A program made the translations under genes and the position numbers. DNA of 61,057 nucleotides, the filler included. It is 6 parts of 6 records of this genome, joined end to end, with 100 filler letters (N's around TTAATTAATTAA, not from the genome) between each part and the next. Parts side by side here need not be neighbours in the genome. Positions count along the whole stretch, not along the records: positions 1 to 20,513 come from SRR20825010_1166; 5 more parts are not named here. One strand, written 5' to 3'. The notes beneath the pieces are model-generated. The model did not search any database. It worked only from the letters and a program-made list of their open reading frames with translations, and was not told the DNA's origin. Positions within the stretch are counted from its first letter, which is position 1. Each line of letters starts with the position of its first letter. Below are positions 10,116-20,219 of this stretch, piece by piece.

Positions 10116-11945
10116 ATGAAGGGCGTCTGGGCTATAGTAAAATCTATTTTTTCGTTTATTCAAGGGCTCGGCACGACCGCCCTCGGCATTCTGGTTATCG
10201 TTTTGCTGTTTGCCGTGTATGCAGCCAGCAACCGTGAAACCAGGCCAAGTGTGCCGGACGGGGCCGTTCTTGTGCTGTGGCCAAACGGCGCAATCGTTGA
10301 GCAGGTAGAATATCCAGACCCGCTTGAGGCTGTTTTTTCTGATTTCAACAGCACACCGCCGCAAACCAGTATCCATGACATCTTGCGCGCCGTTGAGCGT
10401 GCAAAAAATGACGACCGCATCAAAGCCCTCGCTATCCTGACTGATTCTATATCTGGCGCGGCACAAAGCCACCTGCACACCATTGCAGACAGCATTCGCA
10501 AGTTCAAAGAGAGTGGCAAGAAGGTATATGCCCTTTCGACGTCCTATAGCCAAAGCACCTATCTGATCGCCGCTCAGGCCGACAAGGTGTTTATGAACCC
10601 AGGCGGCGGTGTTTTGCTCACAGGCTTTGGGTATTACCCGACCTACTTCAAAAGCATGCTCGATAAAATCGAGGCGAACGTAAACGTCTTCCGTGTCGGC
10701 ACATATAAAGCTGCTGTTGAGCCTTTCATTCGTGATGATATGTCGCCTGCCGCTAAAGAAGCGAACATGGCGTTCCTTGGCACCCTGTGGGATCAGTATG
10801 AAACGTCTATCACCACAGCACGCCACCTTGAAAATGGTGCCCTCACTGCCGCGCTCGCGCGTGTGCCAGAAGACCTGCGCGCCGCGGAGGGTGACTTTGC
10901 CAAGCTCGCGCTCAACACCGGCCTTGTTGATGAACTGGCCCCCCGCATGGCGTGGCGTCAGGCACTGATGGACGAATTCGGCGCAACACCCGACGGACAA
11001 TCGTTCAATCAAATCCATTTTGAAACCTATCTCGCAGCTACTGACAGGCCTATGCGCAGCGGCAACGAAATTGCCGTGATTACCGCGCAGGGTGAAATCG
11101 TGATGGGTGACGGCCCGATTACTGTAACAGCCGCTGAAACCGTTGTTGGTTATATTCGTGATGCCCGCAACAACCCGAACACTGCCGCCATTGTACTGCG
11201 CGTAGACAGCCCCGGTGGCTCTGCCTTTGCGTCGGAACTGATACGGCAGGAACTTGTCGCGGCCCAGGCGCAAGGCCTAAAGGTTATTGCCTCGTTCGGC
11301 CCGGTAGCCGCATCAGGTGGCTACTGGATATCAGCGACAGCTGACGAGATTTGGGCGGCACCAAGCACGATCACTGGCTCAATCGGCATTTTTGGCATTG
11401 TGCCCACATTTGAGAAGACACTTGATAAAATCGGCATTCACGCTGACGGTGTTGGTACCTCTCCGCTCGCAGGTGCCTTCAACCCGGCTCGGCCGCTTGA
11501 AGAAGCCACAAAAGACATCATCCAGCAGTCGATCGAGTACGGCTACCGCGAGTTTATCAACCTTGTGGCTGAAGGCCGCAACATGTCTGCTGAAGATGTG
11601 GATAAAATCGCCCAAGGCCGTGTTTGGGTCGGGTCCACAGCTCACGAGCTTGGGCTTGTTGACAACCTGGGTGAGTTTGACGACGCGGTACAGGCAGCAG
11701 CCCGCGCCGCTGACGTTGACAGCTACCAGCTTGTTTTCTACCGCGACCAACCCGATCAGTTTGAACAGATGGTTGCTGACCTCCTGAACTCAACAATCGG
11801 CACCAATACCAGCCGCATGTTTGATAGCCAGATGTCGCCTGTGATGAAAACGGCTCTGGAACTGAAGAAGGAGGCTGAACTCTTCCTCAACTTCAACGAT
11901 CCCATGGGTAAATATGCAGTTTGTTTTGTCTGTAAGGTGCGCTGA
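10116..11945 (+). CDS. sppA: Signal peptide peptidase SppA (67K type)
   Basis: N-terminal TM helix, YKAAVEPF (Lys), [15 protein letters not shown] (Ser), TGSIG, AQGRVW. Confidence 0.95.
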   Translation: MKGVWAIVKSIFSFIQGLGTTALGILVIVLLFAVYAASNRETRPSVPDGAVLVLWPNGAIVEQVEYPDPLEAVFSDFNSTPPQTSIHDILRAVERAKNDDRIKALAILTDSISGAAQSHLHTIADSIRKFKESGKKVYALSTSYSQSTYLIAAQADKVFMNPGGGVLLTGFGYYPTYFKSMLDKIEANVNVFRVGTYKAAVEPFIRDDMSPAAKEANMAFLGTLWDQYETSITTARHLENGALTAALARVPEDLRAAEGDFAKLALNTGLVDELAPRMAWRQALMDEFGATPDGQSFNQIHFETYLAATDRPMRSGNEIAVITAQGEIVMGDGPITVTAAETVVGYIRDARNNPNTAAIVLRVDSPGGSAFASELIRQELVAAQAQGLKVIASFGPVAASGGYWISATADEIWAAPSTITGSIGIFGIVPTFEKTLDKIGIHADGVGTSPLAGAFNPARPLEEATKDIIQQSIEYGYREFINLVAEGRNMSAEDVDKIAQGRVWVGSTAHELGLVDNLGEFDDAVQAAARAADVDSYQLVFYRDQPDQFEQMVADLLNSTIGTNTSRMFDSQMSPVMKTALELKKEAELFLNFNDPMGKYAVCFVCKVR

Positions 11946-12346
11946 TGAACGACGACGTACGCGCAAAAACAGAGGATGACTGGCGGGCAGAATTGACGCC
12001 TGAGCAATACGAGGTGTGCCGCTGCGGCGGCACAGAACCCCCTTTCAGTGGCAAGTACTGGAACACCAAAACGCCCGGCACCTATATATGTGCCGCGTGT
12101 GAAGCACCTTTGTTCGAAAGCCAGACCAAATATGAGAGCGGCTCTGGCTGGCCAAGCTTTTGGGCACCGGTTGATGACGAAGCGGTCATAGAGAAGGTAG
12201 ACACCACCCATGGTATGGTCCGCACAGAAATACTCTGTGCCCGATGTGAAAGCCATTTGGGTCATGTTTTCCCTGATGGCCCACAGCCAACCGGGCTGCG
12301 CTATTGCACAAACTCGGCGTCCCTGAATTTGATACCAGAGGACTAA
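11945..12346 (+). CDS. msrB: Peptide-methionine (R)-S-oxide reductase
   Basis: GTEPPFSG, two CxxC zinc pairs, [22 protein letters not shown]; start overlaps the sppA stop. Confidence 0.97.
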   Translation: MNDDVRAKTEDDWRAELTPEQYEVCRCGGTEPPFSGKYWNTKTPGTYICAACEAPLFESQTKYESGSGWPSFWAPVDDEAVIEKVDTTHGMVRTEILCARCESHLGHVFPDGPQPTGLRYCTNSASLNLIPED

Positions 12347-12458
12347 ACCTCTCGGCGTTCTATAATATGCAACACCGAGTAGGGTTTTGGCCAACTACTG
12401 TTTCACACCACCGATCATACATTCCTTTCAACAGCACACGCTTTGAAAGGAATTTGAA

Positions 12459-13082
12459 ATGACCAATACCCAGGACCACATCACCGTATTACGCGTTGAC
12501 GCAAGTGCGCGCAAAAACGGCTCCATCTCTCGTGACTTCACCAATCGCTTCATCGATACAATCGCCGACCGAGTTGATGTCGCTATTCTGAACCACGATA
12601 CCGCAGAAGGTTTGCCCTTTGTCGATGAAGACTGGATTGGTGCAAACTTCACCCCTACAGACAAGCGCACAGAAGAGCAGAAAGAAAAACTCGCGCTCTC
12701 AGACAGCCTGATCGCAGACCTGCAAGCCGCAGATGTGCTGGCGATTGGGGTACCAGTTTATAACTTTGGCGTTCCAGCTTCACTGAAAGCATGGATTGAC
12801 TTGGTGGCCCGTGCCGGTGTTACGTTCAAATATACTGAAAATGGCCCGCAAGGCCTGCTCACTGGCAAAAAAGCCTATCTGTTCGCGGCTTCAGGCGGCA
12901 CGCAGGTTGGCAGTGCAATCGACTTCGCTGTACCCTACTTGAAACATGCGCTCGCGTTTATCGGCATTACAGACGTTACCGTCATCGCAGCTGATAAAAC
13001 CGCTGTTGATATAGATGCAAGCCTGCAGGCGGCGGAAGATCAGCTCGACAGCGCACTCTCCGGCTTCAAGCAAGCAGCATAA
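12459..13082 (+). CDS. azoR: FMN-dependent NADH-azoreductase (flavodoxin_2)
   Basis: 207 aa; DASAR..SISR, PVYNFGVPASLKAWID, AGVTFKYTENGPQGL. Confidence 0.9.
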   Translation: MTNTQDHITVLRVDASARKNGSISRDFTNRFIDTIADRVDVAILNHDTAEGLPFVDEDWIGANFTPTDKRTEEQKEKLALSDSLIADLQAADVLAIGVPVYNFGVPASLKAWIDLVARAGVTFKYTENGPQGLLTGKKAYLFAASGGTQVGSAIDFAVPYLKHALAFIGITDVTVIAADKTAVDIDASLQAAEDQLDSALSGFKQAA

Positions 13083-13111
13083 ACGCTCACCTTCTGAAGC
13101 GTGAGTATAGC

Positions 13112-13143
13112 AACACCGTCGTCCGAAAGGCTGGCGGTGTTTT
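13112..13143 (+). terminator. Rho-independent terminator candidate
   Basis: AACACCGTC..CC-GAAA-GG..GGCGGTGTTTT after azoR, between convergent genes. Confidence 0.55.
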
Positions 13144-13154
13144 GCGTTTAGGCT

Positions 13155-14492
13155 TTAGAGTTCCCGCAAACCAAACAGCACAGCGGAGCCAATAACCACC
13201 ATCATGACAAAGAAGTAACTGACCCAGATAAAGCCCGCTTTGAAAAAGGCCCGTATGAGGCCCTGCCCTTGCCCGACCTTAAGGGCGATAATGAGATAAA
13301 GCGACGTTCCCCACCAGAACAGGCCGGCCCCCAAATCGCTGCCATATAGAGGTACGATAATGATAAGGGCCGTGAGCAGCAGGAATAAAAAACTGTGGAA
13401 ATGGAGGGAAAATACCAATTGATGCAGATAATATCGCTCCTTGCCCCAATGAAATACTCTGAGAATTAGCGCGAAAACGGGGAGCAGGACAAAAAGCGCT
13501 CGTGGCAGCCATTCGTTGAACAAACGATTAAACGCTTCGGGTTGCTGCAAGGCACGCGCAAACCCTTTCGTTGCGTCCTTGATAAAATCCGGCACTGACG
13601 GATCATTGAGTACGCGGTCGATATCTTCCTGCTTGAAACCATCCCGGTCCTCATCGTCGTTGGGGACAAACATATCAACTTCAACGTCATAAGGCAGATC
13701 AAAATCCACATCCGATCCGTCGGGTGATGGTGGACTTACAACAAGCGCCTCCGGGTCGTTCGCCATGCGTTCCAACTCTGCCCGTGCTTCAGCTGGTATC
13801 TTGTCGCCCTGCTGCTCCAGTGCTTCCTTCAACTTGTCTCGCACTGCGGCAGTGTGGCGAGCAGTCGCTTCATCCGGTTGGTCTTGCCTTTCATCCACCA
13901 CTGCATCGCCATCCGGCGGTCGGTTATTAATAGCTGGCACGTCTCCACCCTCGGCCTCCTCAACCGGAATGCCCATCTCCCTTAAAGCCGACTGAACCTC
14001 ACTCACCGCCTCTTTTCTGGCCTCTATAGCTTCTTCAGTATTGGGGCGAGGCGTCACATTGATATCGAGAATCAAGACATCCGCTATTGCCAGAATGACA
14101 AAAAACATAATGGAGACAGTAATATATAACCGAAGTGGTGGCACAAATTGTGCCCTGCGCCCCATAACGAAGGCACGCGTCAACCCACCGGGCACCAATA
14201 CAAGCAAAAACAACGTCTTAAAAAGACGGCTATCGCTTGAAAACACATTGTCGAGAATTTCGCGCAACAAAGACCAGAAGGGTCGCTTGAAGTCATCGTC
14301 TCGTTGCCCGCAGATGTGGCAAAAGGGGCCGGTTAGCTCCGCGCCGCAATTGCTGCAGCCAAGCCCGGCATCCTGTATTTCGCGCGCAACGAGCTTATGG
14401 TTGCCGCGTTTTCTTTGTTCACGCCGCAGACGCCTGCGTTTTAAAAGTACGATCCATTTCCTGACAAGCCGCTTCATCACGCCCCTCCCCAT
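13155..14492 (-). CDS. DUF3667-type membrane protein with N-terminal zinc ribbon
   Basis: CSNCG...FCHICGQ, DSRLFKTL, PGGLT, PPLRLY, HQLVFSLHFHSF; long acidic loop; start uncertain. Confidence 0.8.
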   Translation of the reverse strand: MGRGVMKRLVRKWIVLLKRRRLRREQRKRGNHKLVAREIQDAGLGCSNCGAELTGPFCHICGQRDDDFKRPFWSLLREILDNVFSSDSRLFKTLFLLVLVPGGLTRAFVMGRRAQFVPPLRLYITVSIMFFVILAIADVLILDINVTPRPNTEEAIEARKEAVSEVQSALREMGIPVEEAEGGDVPAINNRPPDGDAVVDERQDQPDEATARHTAAVRDKLKEALEQQGDKIPAEARAELERMANDPEALVVSPPSPDGSDVDFDLPYDVEVDMFVPNDDEDRDGFKQEDIDRVLNDPSVPDFIKDATKGFARALQQPEAFNRLFNEWLPRALFVLLPVFALILRVFHWGKERYYLHQLVFSLHFHSFLFLLLTALIIIVPLYGSDLGAGLFWWGTSLYLIIALKVGQGQGLIRAFFKAGFIWVSYFFVMMVVIGSAVLFGLREL

Positions 14493-14558
14493 AAAGCCCT
14501 TATACCAAAGGCTTTTTTATGTGGCTAGCGCTTAGAGGGACTTCGGCATGGTCTGGAG

Positions 14559-15212
14559 CTAAGCTTGGGCAAGCACACGATCAGCAACGTAAGGATTGTT
14601 TTGCCGTTCTGCCCCGAAGGTTGAAAGCGCACCATGGCCCGGTACAAAGGTAATGTCATTACCAAGTGGCCAGAGTTTACTTGTAATCGCGTTGATCAGG
14701 TCTGCGTGATTACCACGAGGGAAATCTGTGCGACCAATTGAGCCCTTGAAAAGCACATCACCAACAAAGGCAACCTTATGTTTTGGTTCAAAGAAAACCA
14801 CATGACCCGGCGTATGCCCAGGCGTATGAAAAACCTGCATGGTGATATTGCCCAGGGTTACTTCATCACCGTCATCAAGCCATTCGTCAGGCGTCACACA
14901 GCGCAGGCCCGGCATATTATATTGCGCGGCATGTTCTTCAATCTGGTCCAACCAAAAGGCATCTTCCCTGTGAGGGCCGATGATCGGCAGGCCGAGTTTC
15001 TCCCGAATATCCTGCGCACCGCCCGCGTGGTCAAGATGGCCATGGGTCAGGAATATCTTCTTGAGCGTAACGCCAGCCTTCTTCGCCACATCAAGCAGCT
15101 TGTCCGCCTCCCCGCCCGGGTCGACAAACGCCGCCTCCATGGTTTCATCGCACCAGATCAGGCTACAATTCTGTGCAAATGGGGTTACGGGGACGATCTG
15201 GGCTTTTAACAT
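14559..15212 (-). CDS. Metallo-beta-lactamase-fold hydrolase (GloC/YcbL-like)
   Basis: THGHLDHAGG, HTPGHTPGH, GDVLF, GRTDFP, PGHG. Confidence 0.92.
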   Translation of the reverse strand: MLKAQIVPVTPFAQNCSLIWCDETMEAAFVDPGGEADKLLDVAKKAGVTLKKIFLTHGHLDHAGGAQDIREKLGLPIIGPHREDAFWLDQIEEHAAQYNMPGLRCVTPDEWLDDGDEVTLGNITMQVFHTPGHTPGHVVFFEPKHKVAFVGDVLFKGSIGRTDFPRGNHADLINAITSKLWPLGNDITFVPGHGALSTFGAERQNNPYVADRVLAQA

Positions 15213-15279
15213 TCGGCAACTCCTTGACGCTCATTGGCGCTCGCGCGATGGACCATAAACGACCACCGCGCAGGCCTTC

Positions 15280-15321
15280 AGGCTTTAATTATGTAGCGTA
15301 TCTGCCACATAATTAAAGCCT
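15280..15321. repeat. 15-bp perfect inverted repeat
   Basis: AGGCTTTAATTATGT-N12-ACATAATTAAAGCCT. Confidence 0.8.
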
Positions 15322-15398
15322 TGTGCCTCAAATTCGCCTCGGGCATACCAACTTAAACGACGAAATGGCCGAAGGTGCCATACGCTGGAGGTTCTGTT

Positions 15399-15518
15399 TT
15401 GCGTCAGTTAGTATTGCTTGCGGTTGCCCTGTTTGCTGTCAGTGCATGCGCTGTGGTCACCGTACCTGTAAAAGTCGCGACAACCGCTGTAGGCACCGCC
15501 GTCGATATCGTCGACTAA
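15399..15518 (+). CDS. Small lipoprotein (39 aa), below the ORF-track cutoff
   Basis: GGAGG RBS at 15387-15391 and TTG start; MRQLVLLAVALFAVSACAVVTVPVKVATTAVGTAVDIVD with a VSAC lipobox. Confidence 0.7.
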   Translation: MRQLVLLAVALFAVSACAVVTVPVKVATTAVGTAVDIVD

Positions 15519-15588
15519 CAAACAAGTGCCACCTAGGGCCACAAACTGGCATTGAAACTATTGCCAGATCAGGTTAGCATCCATATAG

Positions 15589-15600
15589 TTTAGTACTAAA
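15589..15600. promoter_or_regulatory. Palindromic operator candidate upstream of the kyn operon
   Basis: TTTAGTACTAAA perfect palindrome, 27 bp before the kynA start. Confidence 0.45.
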
Positions 15601-15627
15601 ACAAATACCTGCTGGAAGGATAGTCAT

Positions 15628-16488
15628 ATGACCGAAACATCAGATGAAGGCACGCGCCCCGCTACAGCGGTCGATGTCTCAGGTGAGGACATTCACTGGC
15701 AGCAGGACATCAGCTACGGTGCCTACCTTAAGCTGGACAATCTCTTGGCATGCCAGAACCCGCTATCCGACAAACATGACGAAATGCTGTTTGTGGTGAT
15801 CCATCAGGCGTCTGAACTGTGGATGAAAGCCTGCCTGCATGAGCTGCGGGCCGCAATGACACACCTGAAAGATAACAATCTCGGCCCTGTGTTCAAGATG
15901 CTGTCGCGCGTGGCAAAGATACAAGCTAACCTGCAACAATCCTGGGAAATACTGTCTACCATGACACCCGCGGATTATGCGGCTTTCCGTGATGACCTGG
16001 GGCAAAGTTCAGGTTTCCAAAGCTTCCAGTACCGCGAGATTGAATACAGTCTCGGCAACAAAAGCGCCCGTATGGCTGAAGCGCACAAGAGTGTACCGGC
16101 GCGTTACGAGCACCTGCAAAATGTGCTGAATGCTCCTAGCTTTTATGATCTCTGCCTGCAACTGCTCTCCCGCCGCGGATTTGATATTCCTGCTGACCGA
16201 CTGGAGCGGGATTGGCGGCAACCCTATGAAGCCAGCGCGGGCGTTGAGCGCGCATGGCTTGAAGTATACCGCGATACAAAAAAACACTGGGACCTCTATG
16301 AGCTCGCCGAAAAGTTGGTGGACCTTGAGCATCACTTTCACCTTTGGCGTTTTGCTCACATGAAAACCGTTGAACGCATCATCGGCTACAAAAAGGGTAC
16401 GGGCGGCACCGGCGGTGTATCCTACCTTGTGAAGGCGTTGGACCTGCGCTTCTTCCCTGAACTATGGACCGTGAGGACAAGCCTGTGA
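15628..16488 (+). CDS. kynA: Tryptophan 2,3-dioxygenase
   Basis: YGAYLKLD, HDEMLFVVIHQASELW, SSGFQSFQYR, ERIIGYKKGTGGTGGVSYL, FFPELW. Confidence 0.97.
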   Translation: MTETSDEGTRPATAVDVSGEDIHWQQDISYGAYLKLDNLLACQNPLSDKHDEMLFVVIHQASELWMKACLHELRAAMTHLKDNNLGPVFKMLSRVAKIQANLQQSWEILSTMTPADYAAFRDDLGQSSGFQSFQYREIEYSLGNKSARMAEAHKSVPARYEHLQNVLNAPSFYDLCLQLLSRRGFDIPADRLERDWRQPYEASAGVERAWLEVYRDTKKHWDLYELAEKLVDLEHHFHLWRFAHMKTVERIIGYKKGTGGTGGVSYLVKALDLRFFPELWTVRTSL

Positions 16489-17126
16489 GCCACATTTATG
16501 ACATCAGCCAGACCATACGGCCGGGCATCCCTGTCTGGCCCGGTGACAGCGAATTTACGCTTGAGCGCACATGGAATATTGAGCCCGGCGAGTGCCCGGT
16601 GAATGTCAGTGCGGTTCGCATGTCCACCCATACGGGCAGCCACGCCGACAGCCGCCTGCATTTTGATGACAAAGGCTTGGACTGTGCTGAAACAGAACTC
16701 GACGCCTATATCGGCCCTGCTGTTTTAATAGACCTTTCAGAAGAAGTCGCTTCAGGACAGCTTGTTGAACCCCGCCACTTGGAAAACAAGCTGCCAGATA
16801 CGGTAGACCGTGTGCTGATCAAGCTGTTCCCGACCTTTCCTCACGAGGGTTGGGATCCGGACTTCCCCGCGATCAGTGCCGACGCCATTCGCTTTCTTGC
16901 CGCACGCGGCTGCAAGCTCATTGGCCTTGATGTGCCATCGCTCGACCCACAGGAAAGCAAGACGCTTGATGCTCATTTTGCGGTTGATGCCGCAGGCATG
17001 GCCATACTGGAAGGGCTCGTGTTCGATGACGTCCCTGTTGGCGAATATGAGCTGATTGCGCTGCCGCTGAAAATCTCAGGTGCGGACGGCAGCCCTGTGC
17101 GCGCTATTTTGAGGAGCCTGCCATGA
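16485..17126 (+). CDS. kynB: Kynurenine formamidase (arylformamidase)
   Basis: PVWPGD, HTGSHAD, PSLDP, ALPLKI...DGSPVRA; GTGA overlap with the kynA stop. Confidence 0.93.
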   Translation: MSHIYDISQTIRPGIPVWPGDSEFTLERTWNIEPGECPVNVSAVRMSTHTGSHADSRLHFDDKGLDCAETELDAYIGPAVLIDLSEEVASGQLVEPRHLENKLPDTVDRVLIKLFPTFPHEGWDPDFPAISADAIRFLAARGCKLIGLDVPSLDPQESKTLDAHFAVDAAGMAILEGLVFDDVPVGEYELIALPLKISGADGSPVRAILRSLP

Positions 17127-18364
17127 TCCCCACTTCACTCGACTGGTGCCAAAAACAGGATGCAAGCGATCCGCTTCGGGAGATACGCGACCGCTTTGAT
17201 CTGCCGGAAGGTGTGATCTATATGGACGGCAACAGCCTGGGGCCAAGCCCCAAAGGGGTGGCTGAACGGCTCGCCAATGTTGTCCAACAAGAGTGGCGCA
17301 CCGACCTGATAAAAAGCTGGAATACCGCAGACTGGATCAACCTGCCATCTCGCGTTGGTGCGCAAATCGCACCGCTGATTGGCGCAAACGCCGACGAAGT
17401 GATCATGGCAGACAGCACTTCGGTGAATATTTTCAAGGCCGCCGCCGCTGCATGTCGCATGAACCCTGGCCGTACGGAGATACTGTCTGAACCCGGCAAT
17501 TTTCCGACCGATCTTTATATGCTGCAAGGCCTCGCTGACTTTCTCGGGCCTGAGTATCAGCTTAAGACCGTTGACCGTACAGAGATCAAAGAGGCCATCA
17601 GCGAGAAGACCGCCGTGGTGCTTTTAACACACGTGCATTATGTCACAGCCGATATGTTCGATATGGCTGATATCACGGAAGCCGCACATGCAAACGGCGC
17701 GTTGATGGTTTGGGACCTGAGCCATTCTGTGGGGGCTGTACCGGTTGACCTCAATAAAGCTGACGCAGACTTTGCCGTCGGCTGCGGCTATAAATATCTG
17801 AACGGTGGGCCCGGCGCGCCAGCCTTCATCTATGTTGCCAAACGACACCTTGAGACCGCACGACAGCCCTTATCGGGTTGGTTCGGCCATAAAGCACCGT
17901 TTGAGTTCAGCGATAAATTTGAACCCGCAGCAGATATCCGGCGTATGTTGGTAGGCACCACAAGCGTGCTCGCGGCCTCTGCACTTGAAAGCGCACTCAA
18001 GGCGTTTGAAGGTGTGGATATGCGTGTCGTGCGGCAAAAGTCCCTCGCGCTGGCAGACCTTTTCATGGAGCTGGTACGTGAGCGGCTTTCCGTTTTTAAC
18101 CTAGGTATTGTCACACCTGAGAAGCACTCCTGCCGCGGCAGCCATGTGTCCCTCAGCTTTGCGGAAGGCTACGCTGTCATGCAGGCGTTGATCGACCGGG
18201 GTGTGATTGGTGATTTCCGCGCGCCCAATTATATGCGTTTTGGCTTCACACCGCTGTACCTAGGTTTTGAAGACGTGTACCGCGCGGCGGAAATTCTGGA
18301 AGACATCCTGCGCACTGATACCTGGAAGGACAGCAAATACAAAGCCAAAAGCCGCGTCACCTAG
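17123..18364 (+). CDS. kynU: Kynureninase
   Basis: YMDGNSLG, NFPTDLY, WDLSHSVGA, GCGYKYLNGGPG (PLP Lys); ATGA overlap with kynB. Confidence 0.97.
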   Translation: MIPTSLDWCQKQDASDPLREIRDRFDLPEGVIYMDGNSLGPSPKGVAERLANVVQQEWRTDLIKSWNTADWINLPSRVGAQIAPLIGANADEVIMADSTSVNIFKAAAAACRMNPGRTEILSEPGNFPTDLYMLQGLADFLGPEYQLKTVDRTEIKEAISEKTAVVLLTHVHYVTADMFDMADITEAAHANGALMVWDLSHSVGAVPVDLNKADADFAVGCGYKYLNGGPGAPAFIYVAKRHLETARQPLSGWFGHKAPFEFSDKFEPAADIRRMLVGTTSVLAASALESALKAFEGVDMRVVRQKSLALADLFMELVRERLSVFNLGIVTPEKHSCRGSHVSLSFAEGYAVMQALIDRGVIGDFRAPNYMRFGFTPLYLGFEDVYRAAEILEDILRTDTWKDSKYKAKSRVT

Positions 18365-18366
18365 GT

Positions 18367-19350
18367 CTATTCAACCAGCTTGATATTGCCTTTGGGAAAC
18401 CGCCGCCAGTGTGGCTTGCTTGGTGCAATCTCAACGCCGCCGACAAACCTTGGCTCCGGCATATAATCAAGCCAATCTTCTCCAGCCGTCAGGATACGCT
18501 CTCCAAGCTCTGTGAGCCGAAGCATGTTCTGCGCGTATGTTTTACCCGCCGTGACGACCTCAGCCGCACCGCCACGCACCAACCGATCAAGCTCATGCCA
18601 GTACATTAGGTCACCTAGGTACGGCCTCGTCTCATAACGCAACATAAGCTGGCTGAACATCGCACCAGCGCTTATCACGCCCTTCTCTGCCAGAATACGC
18701 AAGCTCAAGGTCTCGGTTAAACCTAGGCCATGGCGAGAGGAGGGAAGCTCGTCAAGGTGCCGGTCAATCGCCCCAGCCATTGGTGGCACGGCTGGCGTCC
18801 CGGCATGCGCGATGGTTGCCAGCATGTTCGGCGTGGCCATGGTAAGCGCACACCAAACCTCTTTTCCAAGCCGAATATGGTCTTGCGTCACACGCACGCG
18901 CTTTTCCCACACAGCCTTCAGGTCACTTGGGCCAAGCTGACCAAGGCCGGTAAAGCGCGGTAAGACGGGATAGTCATCAACACACACAAGGTCGATTTCA
19001 GGCAGTGAGCTTAAATCTGCAAAATGGTTCAGCACATGGGCCAGAATCAGCTGGTCAAAATGATCATGCTCAAACCAAAGCGTGATGGTATCATAGTCGT
19101 GGGCATGCCTGAGCGCTTCATACCTGCGCGATTGGCGTGCCGTAACCTCAGCCGGGTCAATACCGTAAGCAGATGCAATAAATGCGCTGCGCTCAACCAG
19201 AAAATCAGCGTGTGCAATGCCCCGGACAGGGCCCTGGCAATAAGGGTCTGAAAAATCGAGGAAGTCACCCTCCATCCCAGCCTCTTGCAGAGCCTGTTCG
19301 ATATCCTGCCCACACCTGATATGAAGCGTTGATTTTGACCGTGTTGCCAC
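18367..19350 (-). CDS. DUF1835-type protein
   Basis: LHIRCG, DPYCQGPV, LWFEHDHFDQL, FTGLGQL, HLDELP..GLGLTE, YLGDL. Confidence 0.75.
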   Translation of the reverse strand: MATRSKSTLHIRCGQDIEQALQEAGMEGDFLDFSDPYCQGPVRGIAHADFLVERSAFIASAYGIDPAEVTARQSRRYEALRHAHDYDTITLWFEHDHFDQLILAHVLNHFADLSSLPEIDLVCVDDYPVLPRFTGLGQLGPSDLKAVWEKRVRVTQDHIRLGKEVWCALTMATPNMLATIAHAGTPAVPPMAGAIDRHLDELPSSRHGLGLTETLSLRILAEKGVISAGAMFSQLMLRYETRPYLGDLMYWHELDRLVRGGAAEVVTAGKTYAQNMLRLTELGERILTAGEDWLDYMPEPRFVGGVEIAPSKPHWRRFPKGNIKLVE

Positions 19351-19453
19351 ATCACCTCCTTAAGCTGGAATCAGTCAGAGAAGATTGAGGGCAAGCCTGC
19401 CTGAAAGATGTGGCACCCACAAGGCATGATCGCGGGGCTACGCAGTTTCATAG

Positions 19454-19477
19454 AAAAAGGGGCGGCAGAGCCGCCCC
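19454..19477 (-). terminator. Rho-independent terminator of the TonB-C gene
   Basis: Minus strand GGGGCGGC-tct-GCCGCCCC-TTTTT. Confidence 0.75.
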
Positions 19478-19511
19478 GAGAGTGTGGGAAGAGGAAAGAA
19501 TGAAAGCCGCC

Positions 19512-20219
19512 TTAGCGGTTTTCAGCAAGCTTGTAGTGTACCGGCAGTACTATTGCGCCGCCCTCTTGCCCTTCGGGCAGGCTTGGCAATTTGCCAATAC
19601 GGTTGGCAAGAAGAAGCGCTTCAGCATCCAGCGCTTGGTTGCCTGAGGATTGCGCGATTTCCTGACGTTCAACAGAACCGTCCGCATTGAGGGTCAAGCG
19701 AACTTTCACGCGGCCTTCAACACCCTCAACGGCAAGGTCTTTCGGGTAGGACACTGTGCTGGCTACACGGCGGCGCACAGCATCACGCCACACGCTTACA
19801 GGGTCTTTGGCTTCAGCTTTCACGGTGCGCGCATCTGCAAGCTTGAAGGTGAGCGGCACGACAAAGCTGGCGTCTGTGCTGCCTGCTGGTGCTGGCAACC
19901 GGTCAAGCTTTGCAGCCATGCGGCCTACAGCGCGATCCAGCACCGCAAAGCCTGAGCCTTCCGTGATCGAATAGTCTGCCACACGGCCATCTGCGGTTAC
20001 ATCAACACGCAACTTGACGGTGCCTTCAACACCCTGCTCAAGGGCACGGCTTGGATAGCTCTGAACCCTGGCAAGCTCCTGGCGCACCATTTGGCTCCAC
20101 TGAGCATCATTATTCAGGTCTTCTGCAACAGTGGGGAGAGCCGTTGCAGTTACAAGCGCGGCACAAGCAGCCGTAGTTTTAAAAATTGGGGACAAGAAGT
20201 TCGGGCGGGACATTTCCAT
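19512..20219 (-). CDS. Exported protein with two tandem TonB C-terminal domains
   Basis: Two repeats: YPSRALEQGVEGTVKL..GSGFAVLD..VVPLTFKL and YPKDLAVEGVEGRVKV..SSGNQALD..VLPVHYKL; signal-like N-terminus; start 20219 or 20213. Confidence 0.85.
   Translation of the reverse strand: MEMSRPNFLSPIFKTTAACAALVTATALPTVAEDLNNDAQWSQMVRQELARVQSYPSRALEQGVEGTVKLRVDVTADGRVADYSITEGSGFAVLDRAVGRMAAKLDRLPAPAGSTDASFVVPLTFKLADARTVKAEAKDPVSVWRDAVRRRVASTVSYPKDLAVEGVEGRVKVRLTLNADGSVERQEIAQSSGNQALDAEALLLANRIGKLPSLPEGQEGGAIVLPVHYKLAENR

Noticed and set aside
9996-11273. 425-aa minus-strand ORF
   Set aside because: It is an antisense shadow of sppA with no recognisable motifs.
11910-11945. C-terminal CxxC of SppA next to msrB as a novel redox link
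   Set aside because: A terminal Cys pair is usual in 67K SppA proteins, including E. coli.
15323-15577. 84-aa Cys-rich ORF from the track
   Set aside because: It has no RBS or motif support, and an overlapping frame gives a far more convincing lipoprotein.
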